DNA of 64,000 nucleotides from Chrysomallon squamiferum (Eukaryota; Animalia; Mollusca): NCBI GenBank assembly GCA_012295275.1, contig CM022679.1, positions 22,940,001 to 23,004,000 of the forward strand, read 5' to 3'. Shown piece by piece: positions 44,156 to 64,000 of this stretch (position 1 is its first letter; each line of letters starts with the position of its first letter). The notes under the pieces were generated by a model. It saw only the letters and a program-made list of their open reading frames with translations, ran no database searches and was not told where the DNA came from. The position numbers and the translations under genes were made by a program.

Positions 44156-44882
44156 GCATGCATCTGTTTGTGTGTGTTTGTGCGTGTGTGCGTGTGTCTG
44201 AGTGTATTTTTAAACGAATAGTCTACTGCAGTGTCATTAATATCTGTAACATTGTTTTTCAAATATCCACAGGATTCGATATTTCTGCTATAGGCTCTGT
44301 GAGAGAACAGATTGGGTAAATAAAATATGTTTTGAAACTTTACATAGGGCATGGTTTTCAGATAACAATAAAAGAAATAAATGGTTGCCGTCATAAGTTA
44401 CCAGCTTTATGCAGCGAAGGAAAATGTTTGTTTTATTTCTTATCTCGTTGATCTCGAGAACAGTATCTTCACGCATATTTTCGCTATATTTCACAATAAA
44501 TTAGTTCTTAAATAAAAATTTCTTTGTTTGTTTGTTTGTTTTCTAAATGAAAAATGCTTTCAAAGTGGTATTTTAAGAAGTAAATGAGAAACTGAACACA
44601 AATGAAGTAATTCTGAAATATATATATATATATGTATATATTTTGTTGTGTGTGCGTGTGAGTGTGTGTGAATACGCATATTAAAGAAAAATACACATAT
44701 ATATATATTTATTTATTTATTTATTTATCCGATGATTATAAATGTGTGCCCATGTGTATACATACACATGTAGATTGAAACATTTACTTATGGATAAATA
44801 CAGATTATATTTTCTTTCTTTGGAAGCATGTGCACAAATTAAGATTTCTTTCTTTTTCGTTTTCCAGCTTAGTCGGGAATAA
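43099..44882 (+). CDS. Peptide gene B2, 3' part (..YNKVLEQIRYFCYRLCERTDWLSRE*); signal exon lost in the gap
   Basis: Exons 43099-43119, 44273-44315, 44868-44882 with intact splice sites; AATAAA at 44915 and 44955. Confidence 0.75.
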
Positions 44883-45217
44883 CGCTTTCAAAACCGACCA
44901 AGAGTTCGGGATTTAATAAAAGATCTCTCTAAGACACCAGTCTGGAATATTGACAATAAAGCACTGACTGAAAACAGAACCACCAGTGTTTTTGTTATTT
45001 TTGTTTTTTCTTATAAATGTTCCAGTTCTGTTTCTGAGAAATCTTGTAGGAAGGTGGTGTAATAATATTCGATTTCGAAACGGAAAAACAAAGTTAAGAT
45101 AGTATAATACAGGATTAGGGGATCCTAACGTTTTCTGTGGTGTGTATTTGGATACTGTAGGTATCGAGATGTCTTTGGATATCTTACTGTGGCTTGGTGA
45201 GTGTCACTGTGTGTGTG

Positions 45218-45255
<38 letters not shown>

Positions 45256-46286
45256 TGTTTGTGAATAGCCTGGTTAACACTATGTGCAGAGATATCACAG
45301 GCATCTTGATAAATCCGGTATCTTAATATCACTTTGATGGTGATACGACTGTATCTTGAAATCTTGTGTATCACTGTGTGGGGTGGGTATCACTATGTGG
45401 GGTGGATATCACAGATTTCTCGATACCATGGGTATCCTGATATCTTGGTTATCAATTTGTCTGGGATATCACAGGTATCTTGATATTTTTGGTATCACTG
45501 TGTATGTGTAGGCGCCGGATTTCATAAGAATATTTATATACAGTGTATGACTGTGAGTGACGCACGTAAAATTCATATATCCACATTACCTATACCAATA
45601 TAAAGGTAATGTAATAGTTTTAATGGTAATGAACAAACAAACAAACAAAAACAACAACAACAAAAAAGAAAGAAAAAAAAACAAAACAAAAAAACAACAA
45701 TAACAACAACAACATTCAGATTTGTTGTTTGATTAAACACGAAACGAAACGTTAAAAAAACAACAACAAACAAACAAATAAATAAATCCAAAACCTCGGA
45801 ATTATGAAAACACTATCATAACCACTGTGCAGCACTGATTATATTGATACTCATACATAATTCATAAATAGCACCTTTTTCACACTGATATCTCAGTTTT
45901 GTTGTCGTTTTATAGTACCTGCAGTGTGGTAAACATGAATTTCTATTTGCTCTTTGTCGCTAGTGTGATTGTGAAAATTGTTCTAAGGGAAGCAAACTCG
46001 CAAGTACGTTCAAAACTATTGCTACCACAACGTCAACGACCACCACCACCATCAGCAGCACCATCCAGCCATAATTATGACTATGAATATTGCACTGTTT
46101 AGCTACTGCTGAATAGAACAGCAACGACTACTGCTACTACTATTATAATTATTATTACTACTACTGAAATCAATACTACTCCACTATAACCAACACTATC
46201 ACCACCATCACTACCACCACCACCACAACAAAAAAAACAACTATTACTACTACTACTACTACTATTATTATGACTACTACTGAAAT

Positions 46287-46336
<50 letters not shown>

Positions 46337-46479
46337 GTACTACTACTACTACTACTACTACTACTAATAATAATAATAATAATTACAATAACAACATCTA
46401 CGTCAATACCAATGTAGTAATTATACTGCCGGTGCCTCTATTTCTGCCATAAAAGCCAGTATTATTACTGTTAATACGT

Positions 46480-48298
<1,819 letters not shown>

Positions 48299-50605
48299 TG
48301 AAAGGCTGAAAACAGAAATCTGAATTACGTCTTGCTTTAAAAGAAAAAAAAGAAAAGAAAACCCATGGCTAACACTCACACAAGATAACAACAAAACATG
48401 CACGTACCTACATTCTTTCGAAATGTAGTTTCAGTGGGTGCGGTCACTTCATCATTGTGGAATTCTAGTGTGCCACTGTTTGGCGAGATCCACAGCATGA
48501 TAGATAAAACACATCCCTGTCGTGCTCTGACTGTCACCACTCATCTGCTTCACCCGTCCTCACTGTCTCTCCCCTGGACCTATTTTCCCTCGTGTGATTT
48601 CCAAATGTTAATACGTAATGATCACCTTAGTCAACCCAGGACCATTTTAGGTTTGGTTTTATCTCTTAAACCTCATTTGTTTATTTATTTTTTTAATTTA
48701 TTTTTTAACTTTAAATATAAAAAAAAAGAAGAAAAAAAAAAACAAATGAAGGAAAAAGAAAAAGAAACGCATAGATGAAATATTCTAGGAATTATCTTTT
48801 CGATGCAGACGGATACACATGCGTGACCCGTAGTCTCAGACGCCTTCCACAACTTTTGAATGCCTTGCAAGAAGAATGAGCCAGGATTCAACGTGCCCAG
48901 ATTCAGTCTATGCTAAGCAGATGATGTCCTTATAGTGATTGCTGCTGATGATGGCCACACAAAAAAATATGTTGATTTGAACGCCCTTCAGCAGCGCCGT
49001 TTGGTGACGAAATCTCCATCAGTCCATAACAAGAACCCTGTCACATATTCATGTGAAATTTTACTGTGAGACGATCATAAATAATGAAATTATGACACTT
49101 AGTATCAAAGAGATAATTCAGTGAATACATCATGACCTAACTTTTTTCACAGAGTATAAGTCTTCCCATCTTTGAGCGGCGTCTGCTAGTTCATTCATTC
49201 TTTGTTTAATTCCGTGTCGTGTGTCGTTGCTGGAAGGACGGAGGGGCGGTGCCCCCGGGCATCCAAATGATGGGGGGGGGGGGGGGCCTCGAGTCAGAGA
49301 AATTTGGTTGATTTATATTTAAATCGAATAAAGTTTTTATTTTAGGTTTCATCTGTGTTTACATATTCAAAATACCTTCATTTCTCATAAATATGTCTCA
49401 GCACTAGGCCTTATACTTGAGTCTTTAGGGCACACAATCAAGGAGTTGGCCCTGGACATCACTACACCTCTGCACGCCACTGACAATAATAACAACAACA
49501 ACAACAACAACAATAATAACATGAATAAAAATATGAATACCACAAATACGCTCCATCAAAACCCAACAATAAGCTATTGTACTGGTTACATACATTTCTG
49601 TATGTCAGAAAGTTTCACTTCACAACGCGTGGCAAGCGTTACTGTAGTGTGAGTTTTCACTACATAACGATATTACAATTTACTGTGACAGATTTTCTTT
49701 TTAAACTATTATATTCGATAATTTAGAATCTCTTATCAATTACCATTGTAAGTGATTTGTCTGTGTATGTCAGCATTGTCATATAAACGTTCTATTCAAA
49801 GAAAGCGAATCTGGCAAAACACAACAGAGTGTCAGTCGTTGTTTTTTTTGTTATGTGCGAAGGAAAGAGGTAAAAAAAGAAAATACGAAATGAAATAACG
49901 TTTTGTCCACACACACACACACACACAAAAAAAACAACACAAATGTATATTATTTAATACTTGTTAGTTATGGTTGACAGTGTTTAAAGGCAGTTAATGG
50001 TACGCGTATGGTTAGGCAATAAAAATATTATAATTTACTGCAGCAACGTTTCTTTTGAACTGATACGTTCGAAAGGTGTTTTATTCACATTCGCTGGAGC
50101 CCATTTGTCACCACGCAAACGATGTATAGGTAAATGCTTTTGTTACATTTGATGAAATTTCTCTAAAAGATAACAAAGTGAGCTTATTCCGTATACAGAA
50201 TAGTTTTGTTATTTTTTAATGAAATTATATAAAAGATAACAAAGTAAGATTAATCTGTATACCGAATACTTTTGTTATTTTTAATGAAATTACACAAAAG
50301 ATAACAAAGCAAGGTTAATCGGTGTACAGCTGGTTATTCTGTGTTTGCGTATAAATAAGAGAAAACAGACGGGTGTAGTAACAGACAAGTCAAGAAGGTT
50401 AAGAAGACAGTTCACGTAAGTAGCTTTCAGAATTTGTGAGTTTCTTTATGTTATTTGACAGAGAAGCACCCTGAAAGACACACGCACGCACTTACACACA
50501 CCTGCACACCCACACGCACGCACTTAATTTGTATATATGTGTGTCTTTATGTGTGCATGTATGTATGTATATATGTATATATATATATTTCAGATACTGT
50601 TCATA

Positions 50606-52893
<2,288 letters not shown>

Positions 52894-55168
52894 TGCAGAA
52901 ATACTAAAAACGAAATAAATAACAGATACTGTGCATTATTTCTTGTTTTCTAATTTTGTTTGTGATGTTATATATATTTATGGTGTTTTTTTTTTTTTTT
53001 TTTTTTTTTTTTCCTAAAAGGTCTAGAAACGGTTTATTCCCGATTCTGGCAGTGAGATTATAAGACATCTTAATTGGACACGCCAGTTGTTCCATTTCTG
53101 GCATTTTATTTCTCATCCTTACTAATTGGTCTTCCGTCCCCTTAATTGATGTACTTTTGTAAATTCGTAGGATAATCAATTACACTCTACAACAACTTCT
53201 TCCTCTCCTCTTCATATATCTTTGGGATACTGGACACTTCCTCCCGTGCTCGCTTCTGCATGGTGTTGGTCAGTAGGTGGACAACAACTTCGCTCTCATC
53301 CGAGGAATGGATGTGGTCTTTATCTCTCTTGACATCAGTCCCATCCTATGAAAAGTTTCATCTAAATTTAACATGGCATGAATTATAGCAAATTTTGCAC
53401 ATACAAATGATTCGAACTTGCATCTGATATTATTTATGTACGAGGTCTCCCGCGATTGTTCGCCATATGAAGCGTACGTCTGAATGTCAATAGCACGTTC
53501 TTTTTAAAATGGCCGCCGTTGTAGTTAAGTACTGAAAATATACTTCGGCAAATACTGGTCAGTATAATGATGCATTTTAACCAAACATTTCCGTGTCAGT
53601 GATTCGATAAATAAAGCCCGATTAGTTCTTTGTGTTTTCTTAATAAAGTTTAATTCATCTTAGTTTACCCTGCTTTATTTATTAACTGAATAACTGATAG
53701 CCATTGAAAACAACAAATTTAAAGTTTTTTTTTTTCTTGTATTGTTTTTCCTGGTTTTTTTTTCTTTGTTGCTTCTTTTTTTTAAGACTGTGTTTTCTTC
53801 CAAAATACTGACAAAAAGTTTAAAATAATGACAATTTTGAAGTTATCAAATACCATATCAAATACAGAATCTCCCTAGAACCCCCCCCCGAAAAAATAAT
53901 AATAATAAAATAAAATAAAATAAATAATCAGTATTCATAATATTATCAGGATATCTATATTAAATAGCACTCTCCAGAAATCAGTTCAGATAAATTTCTG
54001 AAATTGCCAACATATTAACATCTGTCACATCGTCTGACTTTGTGAAGCAAACAGGCCTGCGTGTATGATTATATTTTACAGTTTGAACATTCTCTGTGTT
54101 GTGAACGTCTGATTAGAGTCTGAACACAGACCATATGGGGAAACGCACCAGCACAGGAGAACAAAGTGCAGTCACGACATCACAAACCTCGTCAGATGCC
54201 ACTGACGAGATTCGAACATATGGCATCCACGGACGATGATACCACTTGGTCATTAAGTCAACCCTGTCTACATGTACTTCTGTAGTGTTTGTCTGTCTGT
54301 CTGTATATAAAAAAAATCAAATTCAATAAATAATCGGGTTATATTTATTAATATTTCACACTGACTTTTCAGACTAATATTTCTTTATATCTGAAACTCT
54401 TGAGTACTGTACACAAAGAATACATTTTAGTTTTATATTCAAAAATACAAAAAAAAAAAAACAACAGAAAAAGAAATAAAACAAAACAAACACTGACATT
54501 CACAGAGAGACAACATAATACATACATAACATAAATAATCTAAACATAAACACAAAGGAACGTTCATATAGTTTTCAAATTTAAATGCACACACAATCAT
54601 AAATAATTACATTCATACATACGTACATACATGCATACATATATACATTCATATATACATACATATATTAGTAAGTACATACATACATACGAACGTATGT
54701 ACAAATATCACCAACACAAATAAATAAATAAATAAATAAATAAATAAAACTTTAAAATATATTCTTTACTATTCGTTTTTTGTTTATTTTAGATTTGCTA
54801 TTACGTACCTGTATCTTCAACTTGTCACTTCTCTCAGAACGTTTTGTATCGCTAAATGAATATATATATATACTAATAGTAACAACAACAACAACAACAA
54901 TAACAATAGCAGCAACAATAAGAATAATAATAGCATTAACAGCAGCAGCAGCAATAATAATAATGATAATGATAATATTAATAATAATATGAATATGAAT
55001 ATGAACAATATGAATAATATGAATAATAATAATCTATTACAATAATAATAAATACATAATTTTTGTTAAGATATACGTTTTTAATCCTGATTCTTTGTAA
55101 TTGTTTCTTAGATGACTGTTTGATTATTAAATAAAAATCTAATGGAACCATTATTAATAAATAACAAC

Positions 55169-55261
<93 letters not shown>

Positions 55262-55509
55262 ATTAATAAGAAATATGAAGAAAAAAAATATTAAGACAAA
55301 AGAAAGAAAAAGAATAGAACGAATAACGAAATAAACAATAATAAAATAACTGATATTAACCAAAATCAGAAGACACATGTTTTAAAGCTCAGTAGAAGAT
55401 TTTGTTCAACTTTAAATCTAATTACAATGGTAAAGATATCTTATAAGACATATCTGGCAAACTTTTACTTATCACAATTTATTCTGTGTTTTCAGACTTT
55501 AATAAAAAA

Positions 55510-55542
<33 letters not shown>

Positions 55543-56054
55543 GATGATAATGACAAATTCAATGGATTAATATGATTTAATAATTTATTGATGTGTTAAA
55601 TCTTCATTCTGACTGTATTGTCAGTTTGAATGTTTCTTTCCTTTTACTGTAGTTGTAATAACAAGACAATAAGACACACACACACACACATACACACACA
55701 CATATTATACATAAATCTATTTGTCTATCTATCTGTATAAGGCATGTGGTGTATGGATGCAATTTAAATAAATGAACTAATCTGAAGAAAGAACAAAAAA
55801 CGTTTTTTTCTTTTAAAGAATTAAACAAGAAAGGTAACTCTGTCATTTCTCTGTGGTGACCACTCTATCATTAACTTTAAAAAGTACATATTCTTATTAT
55901 TCTTCTGTAATAATTATACAGTTACGTTACAATTATTTCACTTTACATTCATCAGATACTTACTGTTTTATTAATGTGACATTAGGAATGACGCTCTTTT
56001 TCTCTCTCTCATTCTATCTATATCTGTCTGCTTGTCTATCTTTCTGTGTATATA

Positions 56055-56104
<50 letters not shown>

Positions 56105-57257
56105 GGTTTGTCTATTTGTCTGTCTATTATTATTATGTCTAAACAATAATCTGTATAAAAATTTAAAAAAAACGTATTTCTATTTTATAGAATTAGCCAA
56201 GGAAGATAACTCTATCATGTATCTCTGGTGATCACTCTGTCATTAACATAATCAAAGTACAAATTCTTATTATTCTTCTGTAATAATTATACAGTTACGT
56301 TAAAATTATTTGACTTACTATTCATCAGATACTTACTATTGTATTCATGTGACATTAAGAATGACGTGGATCCTGTACTGACAAAAAAAACGACAGCCAC
56401 ATGTGTAACAATATTAATTAAGTCGTCTTATGCAGATCTTAGTTCACACACATACACGCACACACGCACACACACATGCGCGCGCTCAACACGTATGACT
56501 AAAATAAACTATTGAACAATATTTACTAATACATTTTTATTACTGTTCAACATCACAGTCATCATCATCCTCCTTGTCATTAATAATAACATTAATAATG
56601 ATGATGATGATAATGATAATAGTAATAATAATAATAATAATTATTATTATATTATTATTATTGTTATTATTATTATTAATATCATCATCACGATTTAGTA
56701 ATAGTTATGGATGTAGTTGTAGTAGCAGTAGTAAAGGTGTAGTAGTTGAAAAGGTTTGTAGACACCAGTTTAGTTGAATAACATATTTCTTGTAGAGTAG
56801 TTAGTTTCATTAGACACCATTGCAGTAGTTTAGTAGAATTCTACACAGTTAACATATTTGTAATAGTAGTAGTAGTAGCAGTAGTAGTAGTAGTAGTAGT
56901 AGCAGTAACAGCTGTTAACAATAGTTTTAGTGGCAGTTTTTATTACAAAAATAATTACAAAAAAGTATTATAAAAAGTAATATTGTATTAGCAGTAGCAG
57001 AAATAGTAGTAAAAGCGGTACTGTACTTGTAATAGTAGAAGTAATAGTAATAGTAATTCACTAGTAATTGAAGTAAACCTGCTGTAGTAGAAGTTGAAGT
57101 AACGGCTGCAGTTTTACAAGTCTATATATATATATATATATAGCTGTTTATATTAAAAAATAAAAAGGAATCTTGAGACTTGCGTTTTCTGACAGGACAG
57201 CAGCAACACGACCAGATGTGTCACAATAAAACATACGTGCCTGGAAAATAGAAAGTA

Positions 57258-58520
<1,263 letters not shown>

Positions 58521-58570
58521 AAGCAGTTTGTATGGGTGTACGTTAATATATTTATGGGTGTTTGTGTGAT

Positions 58571-58618
<48 letters not shown>

Positions 58619-58738
58619 AACACATACACACGCACAGACCAATACGCATACACTGTAATGTGCGTAAGTCTGTGTATAGTGCAATCGATGTCGTAAAATA
58701 AAATATGTTAATCTCTATATTTTTACTTGATGGTCTCT

Positions 58739-58790
<52 letters not shown>

Positions 58791-59736
58791 ATACTAGCAT
58801 GATCTCTCAATCTCTCTCTCTCTCTCTCTCTCTCTTAAAGAATCCACATAATAAATAAAATAGTTTGTTGATTTCAAACCTACTTACATACATTCGCTTC
58901 TGTTTATTCCTATAACTTCTCTGAGATTTTTATTTTTATTCAAACACTGCTATAGAGTAATATTATCGCTCTGTATATTAATTTTATGTAGCGAATACTT
59001 GTCAGACACTGTAACCTGACTTAATTTTCATAACAGTGTTCGTCCTGTATTGGAATTCATATCGTAAAGTAAAGGAAAAATCAATTTAAAAAAAAAAAAA
59101 AAAAATCAATAAAAAAGCTGTTATTACGTATGAGAAAAGAAAACAGTATTTTCTAGACACGCAGTTTCTTTTAACTCGTCCATTTTCTAAGTATGTTAAT
59201 AATTTGTATAAACTGATAACATATAAATGAGTATGAATAAAAACCGCAACAGTATAAGAGATAAAAAAAATAAAAAAAATAATTATTTTATTATTCCCTA
59301 AACAAACACATTGTATTAACTCAAGTTCCACTTCGTGAACTGTAATTTTTACCTATATGTAATTTATTTTGTTTTGCAAATAAATAAAATATTGTTATTT
59401 CTGGCTCTGCATGGTCTTTGATTGATCAGTAGAACAAAACACTAAATACACGAGTTTTAAATCTGATCCCTTTATTTCAGCGAACTTAGGTGAATTGTGC
59501 AAATACATGCCCTAATATACGTTATAGATTTAGGAAATAAACGTATTAAAGTGACACTACAAAATTTCACTACGAAATTCTTCGTAAGTCAAAACACAGA
59601 TATTACAGTTGTATAAAGACGTAACATGATTATTATAATTATTATTTTAATTAATAAATAAGTTCAGCTATGTACGTAAGTAAAAATGCCGTGCCATGTC
59701 ACAGTAACTTAAACAGCTGTTAGTCGATACAAAAGA

Positions 59737-59952
59737 TGCATTGTATTAAACGATGTTCACCTTTGTTAGCCGTAATTAGATATACAAACATGCATTGTAT
59801 TAAACGATGTTCACCTTTGTTAGCCGTAATTAGATATACAAACATGCATTGTATTAAATGATGTTCACCTTTGTTAGCCGTAATTAGATATACAAACATG
59901 CATTGTATTAAACGATGTTCACCTTTGTTAGCCGTAATTAGATACACAAACA
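59737..59952. repeat. 54-bp tandem repeat x4, specific to A3
   Basis: TGCATTGTATTAAACGATGTTCACCTTTGTTAGCCGTAATTAGATATACAAACA at 59737, 59791, 59845, 59899; single copy in A1 (~24799). Confidence 0.92.
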
Positions 59953-61661
59953 CGCACACACACACATGCACACATATATAAAACATAAACACACATAAAC
60001 ATATATACAGATATACACACAAACACGCATACAGACACACACACATAAAACAAACAAACACAGAAACAAGTGGGCACATAACAGACACAAACACAGTAAA
60101 AATAATAATAATAATAATAATAAATCATTATGAAAAGTATGCGATCTACGTATATGTGTGTAAATATGAATAGATAGATAGATATAACAATATAAAAAAT
60201 GGATGTATGAGACAAATTTTTTTCAAATTTATTTCATAGATAAAAAGATAGATAGATAGATATAACAATATACAAAATGGATGTATGAGACAAATTTTGT
60301 TCACAAGTGAATGACCTTAAAAGAACGCTTTACTTCAAAACAACAAATTCAAAAGGCAGACAAAATTGTTTATTTCGCATGTGTACCACGCTTCATCAAA
60401 CGGAGCGTCAATTAATACATCTGTGTAGTACGAAATTAATACAAGTGCAGTTAGCTGTAAAAACCTTTTGTTCAACTGTTACGCTGAAAACGATTTTCAT
60501 TCAATGCATCTAGTGCAGTGAAGAAAGTAAATAAATAAATAAAAATATAGCTGTCAGTTCGCTATCTACGTGATGACGTCACGACTCAAACTTTGAATGG
60601 GAAAATGGCGGCGGTCAGATGTTTTGTAACCGTGTTGTTTTTTTGTCGTAATTTGCTATGAGCGATTCCAGATAGAGCGAAGCAATAAAACAGTAACTTC
60701 GAACTGATTAGATTCTTTTTCGACAGTTTATGCAAATTACCACAGGTCACACTTTAGTGCAGTTTTTCAGGAAATGACAACAATAATATTATTATAACTT
60801 ACTGTAACAGCTTTTCCTTTTAAATACTGTGGTCAGAATGAATTTCTTTCACTATAGAATTTATCCAGCAAATGAAGTGTACGTAGCACTGTTGTTATAT
60901 TTTCTAAAACTACACATTCATTATTGATCTGTTCTAGCTAATTGTTTCGTGCATGGATATAAATAAGAGAAAACAGAATTAGAGCATTACTGACATATTG
61001 GAGGACGACATAAAATACACATAGTCAAAAAAAAGAAAAAAAAAAAAGGTTTGTGAGCAGTTGTCTTGTTTTCTGAATTTTCAAAAATTTGTTAACAGAT
61101 TACAGTTAAAGAGTACTTTGATAATACGAAGAAATAGCCTAAACAGCTTTTGCATATTTCCAAATTACTTATTATTATTATTATTATTATATAATTACCT
61201 AACTTTTAACAGGAAACTGTTGTTATTACTTCACGTACTTCTTTCACCAGTTAACAAGAAAAAACTTTAATTTGAGTGCAGGTACGTGGGTTTTTTTTTA
61301 TTACTTTAAAAAATGGCAGATTAATACCAAATTAGATGCGCAGATGCAGTAATCCATTGTTGGAAGAAGCCTTCATCTAGATAACTGTATGGTTTCCAAG
61401 CAGTGTTTGAACGACTGCCAGTTAAATTCTTCGCCTGTTTGATTTCCGTCTTGTATGTCGTTGCTGAAAAGACGCATGACTTGCAAATTTGTGTCTTCAA
61501 GCAGGTTTCAAGCTTTCCGTAGAAGATATCACGATACGTTTGCAAATGCGGTTCACACAGTCATGATTCTTCTGTGAATCTCTTTTTCGTCGCCGTAAAA
61601 TTCGTCTATCCAATCATTCTTTTGTACCTGCATATTATTTATTTATTTATTTCAGACAACA

Positions 61662-63685
61662 ATGAAAACTGCGGTATTTCTGACTATGCTGCTCTTTATG
61701 GCTAATTTTGTACTAACGTATGGAACATATAGAGGAGCAATTTGTTCTCGGTTGTGCTTGTAAGAATATTTTTTTATGTTTTTAACCTCTTAATTATTAA
61801 GTGAAAAATTCTAAATATTTATCAGTTTGTAAATTACCCTCAAACAGTTTTCAAATATAATCATACTTGCACACACCTACTTTGTTTAAATACATCAACA
61901 TATCTTAATTATAATATGAAGCGGTTTATAAAGAAACATAACCATAAATAATAAGTGTATCTTTATTTTAACGAAACTGAATTATAACTACGTTTACGAT
62001 TCTAATTTTAAACGTATCTTAACGATATGTTTTTAAAAATATACAAACATAAACGAATTAATAACGTATTTGAACGATTCGGATTTATAACGTAATTTAA
62101 AGATATGTTTTAAAAATATTCTTAGTAAACGAACTGATAACGTGTTTGAACGATTCGGATTTATAACGTAATTTAAAGATATGTTTTAAAAAATATTCTT
62201 AGTAAACGAAATGATAACGTATTTGAACGATTCGGATTTATAACGTAATTTAAAGATATGTTTTAACGAAATGATACCATATTTGAACGATTCGGATTTA
62301 TAACGTAATTTAAAGATATATTTTAAAAATATTCTTAGTAAACGAACTGATAACGTATTTGAACGATTCGGATTTATAACGTAATTTAAAGATATGTTTT
62401 AAAAAATATTCTTAGTAAACAAAATGATAACGTATTTGAACGATTCGGATTTATAACGTAATTTAAAGATATGTTTTAACGAAATGATACCATATTTGAA
62501 CGATTCGAATTTATAACGTATTATAAAATTGTATTTATAACGATACGAATTTTAACGACATGGGTGTATAACATAATAGATTAATGATACAGGCTGATAA
62601 AACCAGGCTTATGATTTTTCAGGTGATATGGATTTATGAAGTAATCTAACTGTATGGATTAAAGACGTATTTTAATGATATAGGTTTATAATTTGTTCCA
62701 GTAATATGTATATATAAGGTATTATAACGATATAGCTGATTAATGCATTATAATGATATGGATGTGTAATGTATTCTAACGTTACGAATGTATAATGTAC
62801 TCTAACGATATCGGCATATGACGTATTATAACGATTTGATTGTATAACGTATTTTAGCGATATGGGTCTATAATAGTGGGTGTTTTTTTTTTTAATGATA
62901 TGCATATATAATATATTCCAACGATATGTGAATATAAGTTATTCTAACAATGTGGACTTGTAACATATTCTAACAATATGGTTGTATAACATATTCTAGC
63001 TATGTGAGTTAATATAACATTTAACGGTATGGGTGTACAACGTATTTTAACGATACGTGTGTATAATGTATTCTAACAATATAAGCGTTAACGTATTCTA
63101 ACGATATGAGCGTTAACGTATTCTAACGACCTAGGTGTATAATGTATTTTATCGATATGAGTGTATAACATATTTTAGCGATATATATGTATAACATATT
63201 CTAATCATATGGATAGGGCCTACAACAGAAATTTTGCAAGACGGTACAAGACCTTTTTGGGCCCCAATCTTAAGGATATGGGGTAAATATTTTACAATCA
63301 TAGTAACACAGTAATTGCGATTCTACTGAAACAACATACACTAGATTGAGAGCACCCAGTCTGAATTACTTTTGATGAAACCGTAACTTAATACAGTTTG
63401 TATCTTATTCCTTGCAAAATAAATAAATAAACAAATAAAGGTATTATGAAGAAGATGATGATGATAACAGTAATAAAACAGTAAAATATAGCAGTGTTAA
63501 TGTCTTACAGTTATACGAAATAATAATAATAATAAAAAAAAAAAAAAAATAAAGAAACGAAATTGTTACGTTCTGATAACAGTAGAAAAATAAAACCATA
63601 TTCACAAATATCATTAGTTTCATTATTATTCAGTACTTATCAGATAAATATATTACCATTACAGATATAACAAAGTACTTGAACA
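61662..63685 (+). CDS. Peptide gene B3, 5' part: MKTAVFLTMLLFMANFVLTYG-TYRGAICSRLCLYNKVLE.. (continues beyond window)
   Basis: Exons 61662-61759 (ttcag acceptor at 61655, gtaaga donor) and 63665-63685; intron nearly identical to B2. Confidence 0.78.
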
Positions 63686-64000
63686 GTAAGTATAGTTTTC
63701 TTTTGGTGTCATGAATAAATTAACAGTTGTTTTAATACAACTCGACGAGATTTTAAATGATCCCTGCCACTAGATGACATACATGTGATTTGTATAATGA
63801 AGATATACAAGGCTTACCCAGCCGTTGGCGTATTAGAGAAACGCTCACAGATTCGGACAGTATGGTTAGGAAAAACTTAAAACTGTTTATACTTTTTATG
63901 TGCAAATAGTCAACCAAATCAATCCGTATCCATCATATGAGCTCAAAACAAGTTCTCATCTATCCAGTCTAGTTTCTACTCACAGATCTGTCCGCTTGTT

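Overview
Eukaryotic, very AT- and microsatellite-rich animal DNA (lophotrochozoan/mollusc-like by impression; not determinable here). 754-9601 holds the last nine coding exons of an ABCC1/MRP1-type ABC transporter (TMD2, NBD2, C-terminal AKDAGLV*). From ~13.9 kb onward the window is a tandem array of two duplicated units in the order A1-A2-B1-[200 N gap]-B2(partial)-A tail-A3-B3(runs off the end). Each unit hides a small 5-exon gene that the ORF track misses: TATA box, non-coding exon 1, a signal-peptide exon ending in CX3C, a 21/24-nt frame-preserving micro-exon, a 43-nt exon with a second CX3C, and a short tail exon followed by AATAAA. The predicted products are secreted CX3C-X12/13-CX3C (alpha-hairpinin / CS-alpha-alpha-like) peptides. 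Type A (75 aa) is strongly cationic with a His/Arg/Pro tail; type B (58 aa) is near-neutral. Paralogs keep signal peptides and core Cys codons fixed while mature residues change almost only non-synonymously, the pattern typical of antimicrobial-peptide or toxin families. All gene models were read by eye and need transcript confirmation; novelty needs a database search. Most ORFs in the supplied track are microsatellite artefacts.
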